In this document: positions 28,755-55,949 of the stretch, piece by piece
Numbering within the stretch: the stretch's first letter is position 1
How the letters are laid out: each line of letters begins with the position of its first letter
NCBI GenBank assembly: GCA_001244265.2
Contig: LN717261.1
Span: 1,689,591 to 1,753,590, forward strand
Source of the DNA: Microbotryum violaceum
Taxonomy: Eukaryota
Length of the DNA: 64,000 nt
Reading direction: 5' to 3'
Translations under genes and position numbers: made by a program
The notes under the pieces: generated by a model
What the model saw: only the letters and a program-made list of their open reading frames with translations
The model's database searches: none
Told to the model about the DNA's origin: nothing

Positions 28755-30747
28755 CTAGGTTCGGCGGCGCGCTCCGCGCGCCACCTCACATTGAGAATCA
28801 GCAGTTGCAGATGGCTACGGTTCTACGCTGCTTTCATCTATCTTCTGATCTCCTGGAGGTGGACTGATTCGTCGTGATTTGGCAAAGGGGAAGGTCGGGC
28901 AGAGAACTGTGCAGGACCGGAACGGAACGCTCTCGCTCGAGCCTTCGTCGTTGCTGGCCTTCAGACCTCCGAGACGTTGTGCAACTATCATTATTCTTGC
29001 TGTTGTCCATCTCTAGCAAGGGCAGTAAAGACTCACATTTAGTGTGCCAATGACCCGGATTCTCAACCGTACAAAGTCAAGCAGCACCCCAACTCCCCCA
29101 CAGAAGTCAGCATTCCATGAAGCAAGCGTCGACGATTTATGCAGGCAATGGCTTGAGAATAACGGGAAGGCATTGCTTCGGATCCCCTGTGATGTTACAG
29201 TCGAACCGGTCAGTTGGTCATGCTGCCCTGCGTTTTGCTTTTGAAAGATTGGCACACACCTGCCATTGCGACGGTCACTCCACCGAACCGAGCTGTTGAG
29301 GATCTGCCACGGGGTCTATACTGCATGCTGCAGACATTTCTTGATAAAACTTGTCCCGTATTCGTGGCAGAGCTTCGACGACGACCCCTTCGGGTGTCGC
29401 GAGTTCGAGGCCTATTTGTCTCGAGCATAGAGAGATGCAGCACCTCAACGTCCCCCCGAAGTCAGCATTCTATGATGCAAGCGTCGACGATTTGTGCTGG
29501 CGATGACTTGGGAATAACGGGATGGCATTGTTTCGGATCCCCAGTGATGTTACAGTCCAACCGGTCAGTCAGTCATGCTGCCCTGCGCCTTGCTTTTGAA
29601 AAATTGGCACATACCTGCCAACACGACGGTCACTACACCGAACCGAGCCGTGGAATAACGGAAAGACATTGCTTCGGATCCCCTGTGCTCTTACAGTCAA
29701 ACCGGTCATTAGTCATGCTGCCCTGCGTTTTGCTTTTGAAAGTTTCGCACACACCTGCCAACGTGATGGTCACCCCACCGAACCGACACATTGAGGACCT
29801 GCCACGGGATGGTGAGCCGCAAGTCACGCGACCAGAGCCTGTTTTCTTGCGTGATTCGTTGCAACTATCAGTATTCTTGCTGTTGTCCATCTGTAGCAAT
29901 AGCAGTGAAGACTCACATTTGGTGTGCCAATGACCCGGATTCTCAACCGTACGAAGTCAATCCTTCCGCTGTCTCACTGACGTTCAATGTCTGTTTTTGG
30001 TGTCAGTTTTCCCGTCATATCTAAGACTGCACAGCCATGTCAAGGGATGACTCACGTATGCGTGTCACCAGCTGGCGGTGAAGAAACAACTCGAGGGTTG
30101 ACATTCAAAGAGGATGTGTTGAAGGGAATTTCTGCTTGGTAGTTTTCCATTAGCTTCTGAACAACACAGCAAGAGCACAATCCATGAAGTTACTTACTCG
30201 AATTCGTAGCTATGTTGCTTGCAGCCATTTCTTGATTCCATATTTGTTGCAGAGCTTCCACAACAACCGCTTCGGATGTCGGAAGCTTGAGGTGGCGACG
30301 GGATGAGGTGCGATGGGTAAGGTGTGAAGAGCAGGAGGGAGAAAGATGGAGAAGCCTGCGCCTCAGTTTAAACCGGACTCATAGAATGTTGCGGAAGGCT
30401 GCGGAACATTGTGGAGTGAAGCCCGAAGCAGAGGGTCACGTGCCCAGCTGCTTTGATGGGAAATGGAACCTCAGCGAACGTGGACGGAACGGTCAGTTGC
30501 CACGTGGTTTGTCTCCCGTTCTCTGACGTTCTTTGACGTTGACGTGGTAGACACGCAAAACAGTCTGCTTCGAGACACAGAGGGTCACGTGCTATTCAAT
30601 GGAAGCTCGACAAACGTAGGCGAACGTAGGTGAAACGGTCTGAAACAGCGTTAGCTAGCTGGGACGCTGGACCGAGAGCTGCTATGACGTCATGCAATGT
30701 GGTTTGTCTATGTCTCAGGACGTTTTTTATTTTATAAGTTTTAAGGA
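28755..30747 (-). mobile_element. Non-autonomous Helitron (~2.0 kb) inserted in the Gypsy 5' LTR
   Basis: Minus strand starts TC (TCCTTAAAAC) and ends CTAG, with hairpin GGCGCGC-GGA-GCGCGCC just before the end. It sits between A and T with no TSD; removing it restores GATCTCA|TAGTC as seen in the 3' LTR. Confidence 0.92.
29160..29810. repeat. ~142-bp minisatellite inside the Helitron
   Basis: ATAACGG.A.G.CATTG.TTCGGATCCCC.GTG.T.TTACAGTC.AACCGGTCA..GTCATGCTGCCCTGCG..TTGCTTTTGAAA at ~29160, 29514 and 29656. A further ~100-bp block is duplicated at 28981 and 29861. Confidence 0.9.
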
Positions 30748-30750
30748 TAG

Positions 30751-34684
<3,934 letters not shown>

Positions 34685-34776
34685 TGATCATCGCTCTCTA
34701 TGGATCATATTGTCGACCTGCCTCCGTCCTCAGGATTTGACTGTCCTAGTCGTTGTTGACCGACTCACCAAAGAAG

Positions 34777-40223
<5,447 letters not shown>

Positions 40224-40226
40224 TGA

Positions 40227-40412
<186 letters not shown>

Positions 40413-40589
40413 TAAACCCGGGGGTGATGTCACGAATCAGCAGTCCGAGGTCTGAGCGCAGCGCCACCGCGCAGCTTACTCAGCGCTGGGAACTTTCTAG
40501 GAGCTTCCAGTTATCTCTATGATCTTGTGCCTCAATCACTTCCATTGGCTCCAACTTGCTTCCATGAGTTTCTGTCGCTTTCCCTGGGC

Positions 40590-40695
40590 TGTAAGGCTTG
40601 GTTGGCTATTTAAATACCCTTCAGATTTCAATATGCATCTATTGAAATTGTCAGTCTTTTGTGTAACCTAGTCGTGAAGGGCCTGGGGTATTACA
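40590..40695. mobile_element. 106-bp solo LTR inserted in the Gypsy 3' LTR
   Basis: TGTAA...TTACA termini, 5-bp TSD TGGGC; absent from the 5' LTR. Confidence 0.88.
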
Positions 40696-40773
40696 TGGGC
40701 TTTCCTTAGACTATAAATAGGGCTTCTGTGTAGAAATCGCTCTTGTCTTCCTTCTGCAATCTTGATCTCATAG

Positions 40774-44115
<3,342 letters not shown>

Positions 44116-44793
44116 GGGCTTTGAAGGCCTTCTGCATCGACTTCTCATGGTCCAATCGAGCCTGAGAAGCCTGGGTAGACCAGGCTGGAGGATTGACGGT
44201 TCCTCCAGCAACCGAATCACTCAATCGCATGTTGAGTGATGCGTCACTCGTGCCAGTACCGGCCAACGGATCGTCGGGGGGATCCGGCATCGCTTCTTGT
44301 TCCTTGTCCAGTTGTTCATGGCGCAGCTGGCGGTACACTGAATACACTACAACACAAAACGTGTGCCCGTGTGTGCTGCCCCAAGCGCCGAGTGGACTTA
44401 GCCAAATCAAAGACTCCAAGAGGTCGCCTCAGGGGTAAAAGGGATTGCTTGCGGGAGCACCGGCAAAAACGCTGAAGCTGCGCCTTGGCTAACAAAATTA
44501 CAAAACGAACTGAAAGAAAAGTGCACTCTATGCGCAACGAAACCGCGACCTCTGAATGCGCGCCTGCGCGCCTTACGACTACGCCATTGCACCCGCAATG
44601 CTTGAACCAAGGCGAGCATCTGGTCAGATCAACTCTACCCACTAATAGCAATACTGTCACACACACACACACACACAGAAAGTGTGTACCGTCGTGTAGT
44701 GTGTACAGTCGCCCACCAACCGCTTCAAGAGCTACAGCACGACTACAAGAAGTGATGCCGGATCCGCCCGGCCCACCCCCGCACCCGCCCAAC

Positions 44794-45665
44794 TGTAATA
44801 CACCCCGTTGGAGTGTACACCTGAGCGACGACGACAAGGATCACAGGACCAAAGTATGTAGAATTGACACTGGACACTCGTATCAGTCGCTGGTATGACA
44901 ATGCCTTCTGATCCACCTTGTGCTCACCTGGACACTCGTATCAGTCGCTGGAGAGAGACTAAGAGTGCCCAGGCGCGCGTCCCCTCTTCCTAAGGCCCAG
45001 GCGCACGGGCCTTACACTCTCCACCACCTAAACCAAACTCCCCTCCCTCCTTACACCCTCCCCTCCTTGCCTTGTCCTCCCCCGCCTTCCCACTCTCCCA
45101 CTCTTCCAACGCTGCGGTGTCTTCCAGGTGTGAGCATGGCTCCCATGTGTTGTCGCTGTCTGCCCACCCTTCCATTTCACCAAGAACCTCTTTCTTGACC
45201 CCTTCCCCTTTTCGTCCACAATCCGTTCTACCTCCCACTCCTCGTTTCCTTGGACGATAATGGCCGCTGGTTCCGTTGCCTCTCGTCCTGGGAACACCAC
45301 CCCATTGTTCTTTACCCAGCGTCGGAGCTTGGAGGCGTGGAAGACGTTGTGCGACTTGTCCCCCGCCTTGAGCTTCAGCTTGTAATTTGAGGTTTCGGGT
45401 CGTGCTGCTAGGACTTCGTAGGGGCCGTCAAACCGGGGAAAGAGTTTGGCTGACCGTGCTTCCCCATCGGCCTTGTACCGCAGTCGTCGATCCCGCGAGT
45501 CAACTAAGACCATGTCGCCAACTGCAAACCCGGGCTCCGGTTTCCTCGCCTTGTTGCTCTGGTTGGCCTGTCGGATCTTTGCAATTGCCAAATTGTCTCA
45601 GGTTTCCGCAACCGCTGCTTCACGTTGTTCCACGATGGATTTGACTGCCAGTGACGTGGTTGAGC
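44794..45665 (-). mobile_element. 3' end of a chromoviral Gypsy: integrase tail, chromodomain and LTR (44794-45016)
   Basis: [60 protein letters not shown] on minus, same family as solo LTR 50142-50365. Confidence 0.9.
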
Positions 45666-45667
45666 CC

Positions 45668-46266
45668 TCCGCTGGCGGCGCTATCTCCTGGCAGTCGAAG
45701 CAACAATCTATGATTGCTACATCCACTACCGAAGCCAAAATCCTCTCTGCATCCTCAGCCACTCGTAAAGCAATCTGGCTCCGTTGTTTGGCTGGTGATG
45801 TTGGCATTCCACAAGCACAGCCTACTATCATTCAAGAGGAAAACGCCGCATGCATCCAGATCGCCAAGGATCCGGTCGATCACATGCGAACTAAGCACTT
45901 TGACATTGCTCATTTGTTTGTTCGAGAACGGGTTGCTTCTGGCGAGGTTGAACTTGAATACTGCCCTACCCACGTCAATGCCGCGGATATTATGACAAAG
46001 CCTTTGGGATTTCAACGCTTTGATCAACTTTGTGCGCTACTTGGAATGGTGTCGTTAGTCTCTTTGACCGGTGGGAGTGTTAGAAGTGGGGTCTGAGAGC
46101 CTAACTCATTGCTATTAGTCTTGGTTAATACTTTATTCTGCGCGCGCGCCTATCTTTGTCTTTGCGTCTTTTTTCCTTCTGGGTTCCTTCTCCACGCTAT
46201 TCTCATCATCTCACTCGTGTATCTCGGAGCTGAGTCGTGGAGTACCTCTTAGTCCTTGTTGCAACA
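45668..46266 (+). mobile_element. 3' end of a Ty1/Copia: RNase H, PPT and LTR (46078-46266)
   Basis: GGAISWQSKQQ..STTEA..RTKHFDI..ADIMTKPL; GGTGGGAG then TGTTAG...GCAACA. Confidence 0.85.
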
Positions 46267-46665
46267 CATCTCGAGGTCGTTCTCCCACAACCCCGTAAAA
46301 GGGGGAGCCCCATAGTCAGCTGCTCCGGAGTGAACGTTGACGAATCGACGTCGGTATCCTCAATGCCCAGCTTGTCGAACAGAATGCGAAGCACCCCCAC
46401 CCCAGAACCTGGTCGAGTACGCGCACTCGAAAAAGTAGTGCGAGACCGTCTCGATGACCGCTGCATTGCTGCCGCAGAACAGACACGTTGGCGAAGAGGC
46501 ATGACCCTGAGTATGCTGCCTCTTGCGCGTCGGTGTCACGTCGTACATGAGCCGCCAGTGGGTTTCCTGCTCCACAGCAGACGCGAACCGGTCATGAAGC
46601 CATCTCCAGAAGCGCTTCCTATCGCTCTGAGAAGTCCCATCACGGAAACGCTTGACACGACAAGC
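46267..46665 (-). pseudogene. LINE ORF2 C-terminal fragment (zf-RVT zinc finger)
   Basis: HWRLMYDVTPT..CLFCGS..ETVSHYFFEC..FW. Confidence 0.85.
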
Positions 46666-46894
46666 GCGCTTATACACGTAATAGCACTGAAATCAGGTTA
46701 TTGTTGCAAAAGCACTATAAGTGCACTAAATGGCACGGAAGCCACTAAATGGTACAAAGTGCACTAAATGGCACAAAGTACACTTAAGTGCCTTTTAAGT
46801 GTCATTTAGTGACCCACCGGAGATTATAGAAAGTGCACTAAATTTCACTAAAAGTGCGCTTTTGGCACTAAATTTCACGGCAAAGTTGCTGATG
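46661..46894 (-). mobile_element. One terminus of the CATCAG-TIR (CMC-like) element
   Basis: Reverse complement of 22610-22856 with a small deletion; ends GGCAAAGTTGCTGATG. Confidence 0.88.
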
Positions 46895-47652
<758 letters not shown>

Positions 47653-47700
47653 TAGCTTGCGCGCGCCTAGAACCTCCCTTGGCTTTCGCCAGCTCACTGA

Positions 47701-49659
<1,959 letters not shown>

Positions 49660-49663
<4 letters not shown>

Positions 49664-50925
49664 CGAACATCAGACAAGAGGACAGAAGGCTTGTCTCCTT
49701 TGTGCCCCGTCCTCTCTTGGAGCCGGCTACTTGAGCTCAGCCGATGCTCCCGCTGGATGATCTTCATCAACTACGCGACGAAGCCGCCATCCTTGCGCTT
49801 GAACCCAAAGCTCGATCAGACTACGCTCGAGCTGTGCGGCAATGGATCGCTTTCATCAGCTACTACCGCGCTCAGGGCCATAACATCATGTATCACCCCA
49901 CCAAAGACATGTTGTCGGCGTTCATCCAACATCGCTTCCGTACGGTCTCCTCGGTGTACCAGACACTCTCTGGCCTCGCGTTCCAATTCCTACCGATCAT
50001 GGGGAATACATGGACAACAGTGTGCTCCTCACAACTAGTCAGAAACACAATCATTGGCGGTATCAAGCTTAAGCGTCGAGCTCGGAAGCAAGCTAAACCG
50101 CTAGGCTTCCGCTCCGTGGCCTTTGTACTTCGCACGGCGGGTGTAAGGCCCGTGCGCCTGGGCCTTATGAGAAGGGAGCGCGCGCCTGGACACTCTTAGT
50201 CTCCCCTCAGCGACTAACACGAGTGTCCAGGTGAGCCTATGGTGGATCAGAAGTCATAGTCATTGTAGCGACTAACACGAGTGTCCAGTGTTAATTCCAC
50301 ATACTTTGGTCCTGTGGTACTCTCGTCGTCGCTCTCTGGTGTACACTCCTACGGGGTGTATTACAGCGGGGGCACTCCGGGATCTGGACTACGACTCGCT
50401 CCTGTTCCTTGCGATGGTGTCTCTAGGTTTCGCGTTGTGTGCACGGACTGCAGAGCTCACTGTTCCCTCAACAATCCGTTTTCGGGATCCAGCCGAACTC
50501 CCGCGACGCAGCACAGTGAAGATGGACTCCAATGGCTTCTCAGTCCATCTTCCGTACCACAAGGCAGACCGCCGTTGGCAAGGGTCGTTCCTGTACTTCA
50601 CACCCTGCACAACGGATCCAGCCTTCCTACGCATCCTGCATCGCTACCTGCAGGCCCGGGATAGTCGGAACAAGTCCTCCGACCTGCTGTTCTTGACAAG
50701 GGGAGGTCTCCCACCCACCCGCACCTGGTTCATTGGCCGCCTCCGTCGCACCTTCGGATCAGCTTACAGTGGACACTCTCTTCGAGCCGGAGGTGCGACT
50801 CACTACGCTCTGTAAGGTCACTCGGCGGATATCATCAAGCGGCTCGGGTGTTGGCGCTCGTCCGCTTGGGAGCAGTACGTCAGGGTTTCCCCTCAACTGC
50901 AGCAAGCCCTCCTCAACTCAGCATG
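49660..50925 (+). pseudogene. Ngaro tyrosine recombinase, split by a solo LTR
   Basis: DYARAVRQW N-domain; catalytic ARTAEL, YHKADR, YSGHSLRAGGAT, LGCWRSSAWEQY. In-frame TAA at 50813. Confidence 0.92.
50142..50365 (+). mobile_element. Gypsy solo LTR (224 bp)
   Basis: TGTAAGG...TATTACA, 5-bp TSD GCGGG; homologous to LTR 44794-45016. Confidence 0.92.
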
Positions 50926-52377
50926 AACCCACATCTTACATCTGCCGATCATCACCACAATTACACAATACGGGATGCCTGGTTCTTATGCTGCAAATCC
51001 GACTCCATCTCAGCTATTTCGGTTCGCATTGCGCTCTTACGATGGAGTCGATGGTCTTTTCTGCTTTTGCTGCAAGAGTTTGACGCCGAGGACTCAAGTG
51101 CGCGCGACCTCTACCCTCCTTGCAGTAAGCCGTGCTCGCACGCCTGCCTCGAGCCTTGGTCTGTAAGCCGCACTTGCGCAAGAGTTTACCAAGCCAGCTC
51201 CTGCCGCACCTTTCAGTTCCCACTGCTTGCCGTTGCCGTACCAGTATCGCTGTGTACCTCTGCCACCTCCTGCCAAGGTCAGTGGCCTTCCTTGAACTCT
51301 TCCTGCCGCCAATTGGCTGACAGGTTCCGAGCTTCTCACAGGACCCCCCCCAGCGATACCGTACAGCTTCCGCCTTCCAGTCTTCTGCCTTACCAGTTGA
51401 CGACGAACAGCTGCCACTGTGTATGCCTCTCTTTTTCAACACTCCTTGTTGGATGGTTGACTGACGCTCCATACTTTGTATGCAGCCGTCCGCCCGCACC
51501 TGCCAGTGCTGCGCCTCTTTCGGGTTTGATTGCGTCTCGCTCAAAGAGCCGAGGTACATCACCCCCTTTCAGGATCTCCCTTAGGGTACTCCTGCTTTCG
51601 ACTGTCCTTGTTGGACACGTTGACTGACTTGGCTACCTTGCTACACAGACCCAACCTCGACATACTAGCGTCCGAGGTCTGTTTCCTTTGCTGTCTTCTT
51701 GTCTCCAAGCGACACGCTTTACAAGCATAGGTATGCCATAGTCCTCAGAGTCTTTGCAGTATTCCGAGTACTAATAGAATCGCGCTTTACAAGCATAGTC
51801 GTTCTATCTTTGTCTCCTCCCACCCACCCTTCAAAATAAATAAATACAAAAACAGCCTTGTTGGTCTATTTCTTTCCTTTACTTTCTTATCTATGGTCTC
51901 TCGTGAGTAGATTTTCAACCCATCCCATTTGTTACGGATGCCTGGTTTTTATGTTGCAAATCCGACTCCATCCCAGCTATTTCGGTTCGCATTGCGCTCT
52001 TACGATGGAGTCGAAGTCCTCAGCGTCAAACTCTTGCAGCAAAAGCCGAAAAGTGATTGTTGATCATTTCGGGATCATTGCTGATTCCAACATGGTAGTG
52101 TCTGTCGGTTAACAAGAGAAAAGGGGCGGCTGTCTCCTAACCATGCTGTAGAGCAAGATGCCAAAGCAAGGTTCTAAGGGGAAGTGTGAGGATCTATTAT
52201 AGAACCTTTCATGTAAATCTTTCCAATGACGTTGCACAAAGTTACCGGAGCTGCCGCAGAAGCTTGACACAGAGTCTAATTTGGACTTAGAGTCAACACA
52301 TTGCAATAGCCTGGCAGCAGTGCAAAGGTCTAAGGGGAAGTGTTGAAGGTGTTAGTAGACCTTGCACTAATATCAGG

Positions 52378-52450
52378 GGCCGGATAGCTTCGTTGGTCAA
52401 AGCTTTTCCAATGAATGGAAGCGATCCAGGTTCGACTCCTGGTCCAGCCG
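52378..52450 (+). tRNA. tRNA-like sequence (73 nt), non-canonical; possible pseudo-tRNA or SINE head
   Basis: Acceptor GGCCGGA/TCCAGCC (1 mismatch); D stem GCTT/AAGC with TGG loop; anticodon arm TTTCC-AATGAAT-GGAAG (TGA anticodon, but A at position 33 and no long variable arm); T arm CCAGG-TTCGACT-CCTGG. A and B boxes intact. Confidence 0.65.
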
Positions 52451-53351
52451 TTCTTCTTCTGTTGTTGATCATTTCGGGATCATCGTCGATTCCAACATTG
52501 TGCACCAGGGGGGCAAACGCGGGGTCGGGAGTTCCTAGTTTTGTGTATGATGCGTTGACGAAAGCGTCTACTTGCAGATTTGACGTCAAGTAGACATCTC
52601 TGTACAGGAGTGAAATGGTCTTAAGAGACTCGAAATTGCGGTTAGTTATGCCGAGTTCCGAAAGAAGGACAGTTTGCTTTAAGCATCATGTCAACGGACC
52701 ATGCGACACCATTGACGCAACACGGTTGGGCAGAGGAGACGATCTGAGTAATCGGGCCTGCGCGCGGTCACAGACCACCCTTAATTCACATGTTCAATTA
52801 CATTGTCTCACGGTATCACTCACCCATCCTCCTCCACAGCTTGGGCAAAAAGGAAGCCCAAGATTCTATGAATGACTTCGGCGGCCGATTGTCGCGTCTC
52901 GACGCGAGGTTGCCACAACTGCTGGCACTCCTCCGCGTACTCTTGCTTCACCTCTACACATGATCGTTGTCGAAGTGTCATATTTGAAGTAGATGAGTAT
53001 CGTCAAGTGAGGACTTTGCGATGGACGGACGCTCTTGAGCTGTCGTAGAGATGAGGAAACGCTTCGCGCTAGGCTGTTGAAGCTCGTGAGCAGCGGCGGT
53101 GCGATGCGAAATGTGTCTCACCGTCTTGAAACGTTGTCGGGCCGCTGAGCCGTAAATCACGCCGCTGCACAGTACACAGCCCGCCAAGGGTCTTTGAAAA
53201 CAAAGAAGACAAAGAATGGGCACTCAATAATGCATGTATTAATGTTTAGTCTACATAGTACTGACCCCTGCGCAAATTTCTCAATCCACTAGTCAACTAA
53301 GAAGCGAGCTTCTGTCGCCCCTGTGCGTGCCTTCCGCCTTCAAATCTGCGC

Positions 53352-54610
53352 TCACGCCTTGGCGGCCGACGGGGCTTCATATCGCACACCCGCATCAAGT
53401 CTAGCCTTGGCCAGCGCCAATATTCTTTTTACACCCTCATAACCGATGAACGAATCGATGCCGTTCCTTGCCTCCCATTCCACCCCCGATGACGAAAATT
53501 CGATCATGGCAATGCCAAGTGCGCGCACGATTTCTTCCAATCTGGCCGCAAGCGCAGGAGCATCGATTCCACCGAGGGCTCGGGACGAGGGAATCAAAGT
53601 GAGACGCTGAAGCTTGTTGTCGCTCAATGTCTGAGCAAGAACGAGGCTGTGGGAGGGGAACAGATCAAGTTTGACCTATCGTCTTGCGCATACTATTCAG
53701 AGAGCTGCACTGACGAGAAGAATTGGAGTGGGACCCCAAGTTCCTGCAGTCTGGGTAGGATGTCGAGAATGCTATTGTAAACGCTGGCCGCAGCCTGTCA
53801 GAGGAATTCCCCCGCCCCAATAGACATTGCGCATTGTGACGGGTTTGAGAGGTTGGATGAATTGAGCCATGTCGAGCTGCACAACAGATGGCCTGTGATT
53901 GATGGTGACTACCCATGGCTCAATGACGAGTCTGCGACGGAAATCAGAGGATCAGGTACTGTGGGCGTGGAACTCGACTAAACTCACGTCTCAAGTAATG
54001 GGCAGTTCTGGGTAATGGCGAACATAAATTCGGCTGAGACGTGTCCGTCTGCAAGTAGTTCACGGAGGCCTCCGGTCGGAACAAACGGAGGCCGTGCCAG
54101 CGGCTGTACGCGTGATGTGAGATACTTTAGCGGTAGTTTAGATGCTCAGCACGCAAATTTACTTACCGTGAATGCATTCATGCGCCAGATTGGCGCCACT
54201 AGCTTAATCACCTCGCTTGTCACCATTCGCAAATCCCGCATCTTCAAAGTCTCCAATTCTGGACCTACACATTGCTGTGTGAAGTTCATGGCGCCCATTG
54301 GGTGGCCGCCCGGAGCCCAGGTCGGTTTTCGCGCACGGAGCCCACGGGCGAATTCGTGCAATAGGGTTGTGGATCTCAGGCGGGCCAACTTGCTGGAAGC
54401 CGGGCGGGTGCCACGCCGATCAAAGGGCCTGTGCACCGGGAGTCTGTGTGGGCCTCCATGTCGCCTGGGGGTGTGATACCGCACCGACACCATGCAAAAG
54501 CTGTGGATGCTATAGGGATCAGCCATGGCTCCCGCAACAACCCCATGTAGATCCTGGTGTTAGATACATCACCGTATGCAATCCAGCAGTTCTGTTGGTA
54601 CAGCTATTGT
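53352..54610 (-). CDS. F-box/leucine-rich-repeat-like protein (spliced, probably degenerate)
   Basis: F-box-like VPTELLDCI..DPYSIHSFCMVSVRY. LRR-like ELETLKMRDL, ITQNCPLLETLVI, ILPRLQELGV, LQRLTLIP. GTAAGT..CAG and GTGAGT..CAG introns keep the frame. Confidence 0.55.
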
Positions 54611-54854
54611 CGAGGAAGTAAAACAATATGAACTGCAACATGCCCTAGAGAACGTGCACTGCGAGGCTAAAACCCATCGCTGATCGGGCCTCGACGACAC
54701 TGTCGTCCCACCCAGCCCCAGACCCCACGCGCTCTTTACCCTAGTCTGCCTTCTGTTGCACCATCTCCTGTCGGGCGGACGTACGTGGGGCGCCACGCGA
54801 GCTTTAGTGTCGGCGCGGAAGATTTTGCGCAGACCGGAAGAGTGGGTATGCACT

Positions 54855-55610
54855 CACGAGAACCAGACGTTGAAAGTCGGCGACGGGCTGACAAGTCGTA
54901 ATCACGGTCGTGCACTGTGCTTGAAATGTTGAATCCATGGTCGAGACCTTGGGTCGGGTCGTCATGGGAGAGGTGTCGGCGTCATAGAACTGGGACACGA
55001 CCGTGCGGTAGAGGAAGCTGATCAAGCAGGTGACCCAGCCAGTCAGCGGTATACTTGCTAACGGTAGGAGGCTACGAGGTAGTGGGTCAAGGGGCGTACA
55101 TTGAATAGTCAAAAGCCCCGTTGGGGCAGCACCTGGCGTGGTAGAATCGTTGGGCGGCTTTTTTGGCGAGGGTGGTGGCGAAGCCGCTGAGGTGGAGCCA
55201 AAACTCCCTCTTGTTGTCCGCGAAGCCCCTCTCCACATCAGTCTGTTCGACGAGGCGCTGCGGATCAATCGAGGCACGAGATGTGTAAGCTCGCAGGGAG
55301 CTACGCAACTCGGCTATGCGGTGACTGACCAGAACAGACCACCATGCCAGGTGCTCATCCGTGTATGTGGTAGGGTTGTCCTTGTACCACGACTGCATTG
55401 CTCGCAGCATGTCGACCTCTTTTCGCTGCACTCGGCCAATCTGATTGTGCAAACGGGTTGTGTCCAGCCCCAAGGTCCCAAAGTCAGTACGATTGCGAGT
55501 GCAAGGTAGAATGCAAGGCGCGTACGAGCTTGTGCAGGTCGGAACGGGCCGTCGCGAGTGCAGTCGAGAAGATCGACAGGGCCTCGGTCTGAAACTCAAG
55601 ATTGGAGTCC
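54855..55610 (-). CDS. Hypothetical helical coding exons (may continue the Ulp1 gene)
   Basis: ORF 55087..55599 (LRAMQSWYKDNP..LAWWSVLVSHRIAEL) and a further exon ending at a GTGAGT donor near 54856. Confidence 0.35.
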
Positions 55611-55949
55611 CAGATGCAACGATGACCGATCAGTCCAAGTCGTCAGCGAGGTCAGCCACCGCCGCTTTTGGTATCAGGCGGTATAGCAGCATACCAGGGG
55701 GAGATTGTCTTCCGAGCAGTCCGACAGGTCGTCCGGTGTGTCATTTCTCTGTCTTTTTGAAGAGGCCTGTGAGGTGTGCTGTGGTCGGGAAGGTGGAGGT
55801 GCACATGTAAGATATCCATCGGTCAGCTCTTTAGGAAAATTGCCTCGCACAACCGCAGTGGCCTCACCTTCTTCAAAGGTTGCTGCAAGTGGTCGCTCTC
55901 CGTCTCGGGGCCTCCTGAATCTGATCCCAACTGCATACCGCGCGTCGCG

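Noticed and set aside
52378-52450. Functional tRNA-Ser(TGA)
   Set aside because: It lacks the long variable arm and U33 and has an acceptor mismatch; kept only as tRNA-like.
53352-54530. TET/JBP dioxygenase, expected near KDZ/Plavaka elements
   Set aside because: No HxD..H 2OG-Fe(II) pattern in the spliced translation; the peptide looks F-box/LRR-like. I recognised no TET/JBP gene elsewhere in the window.
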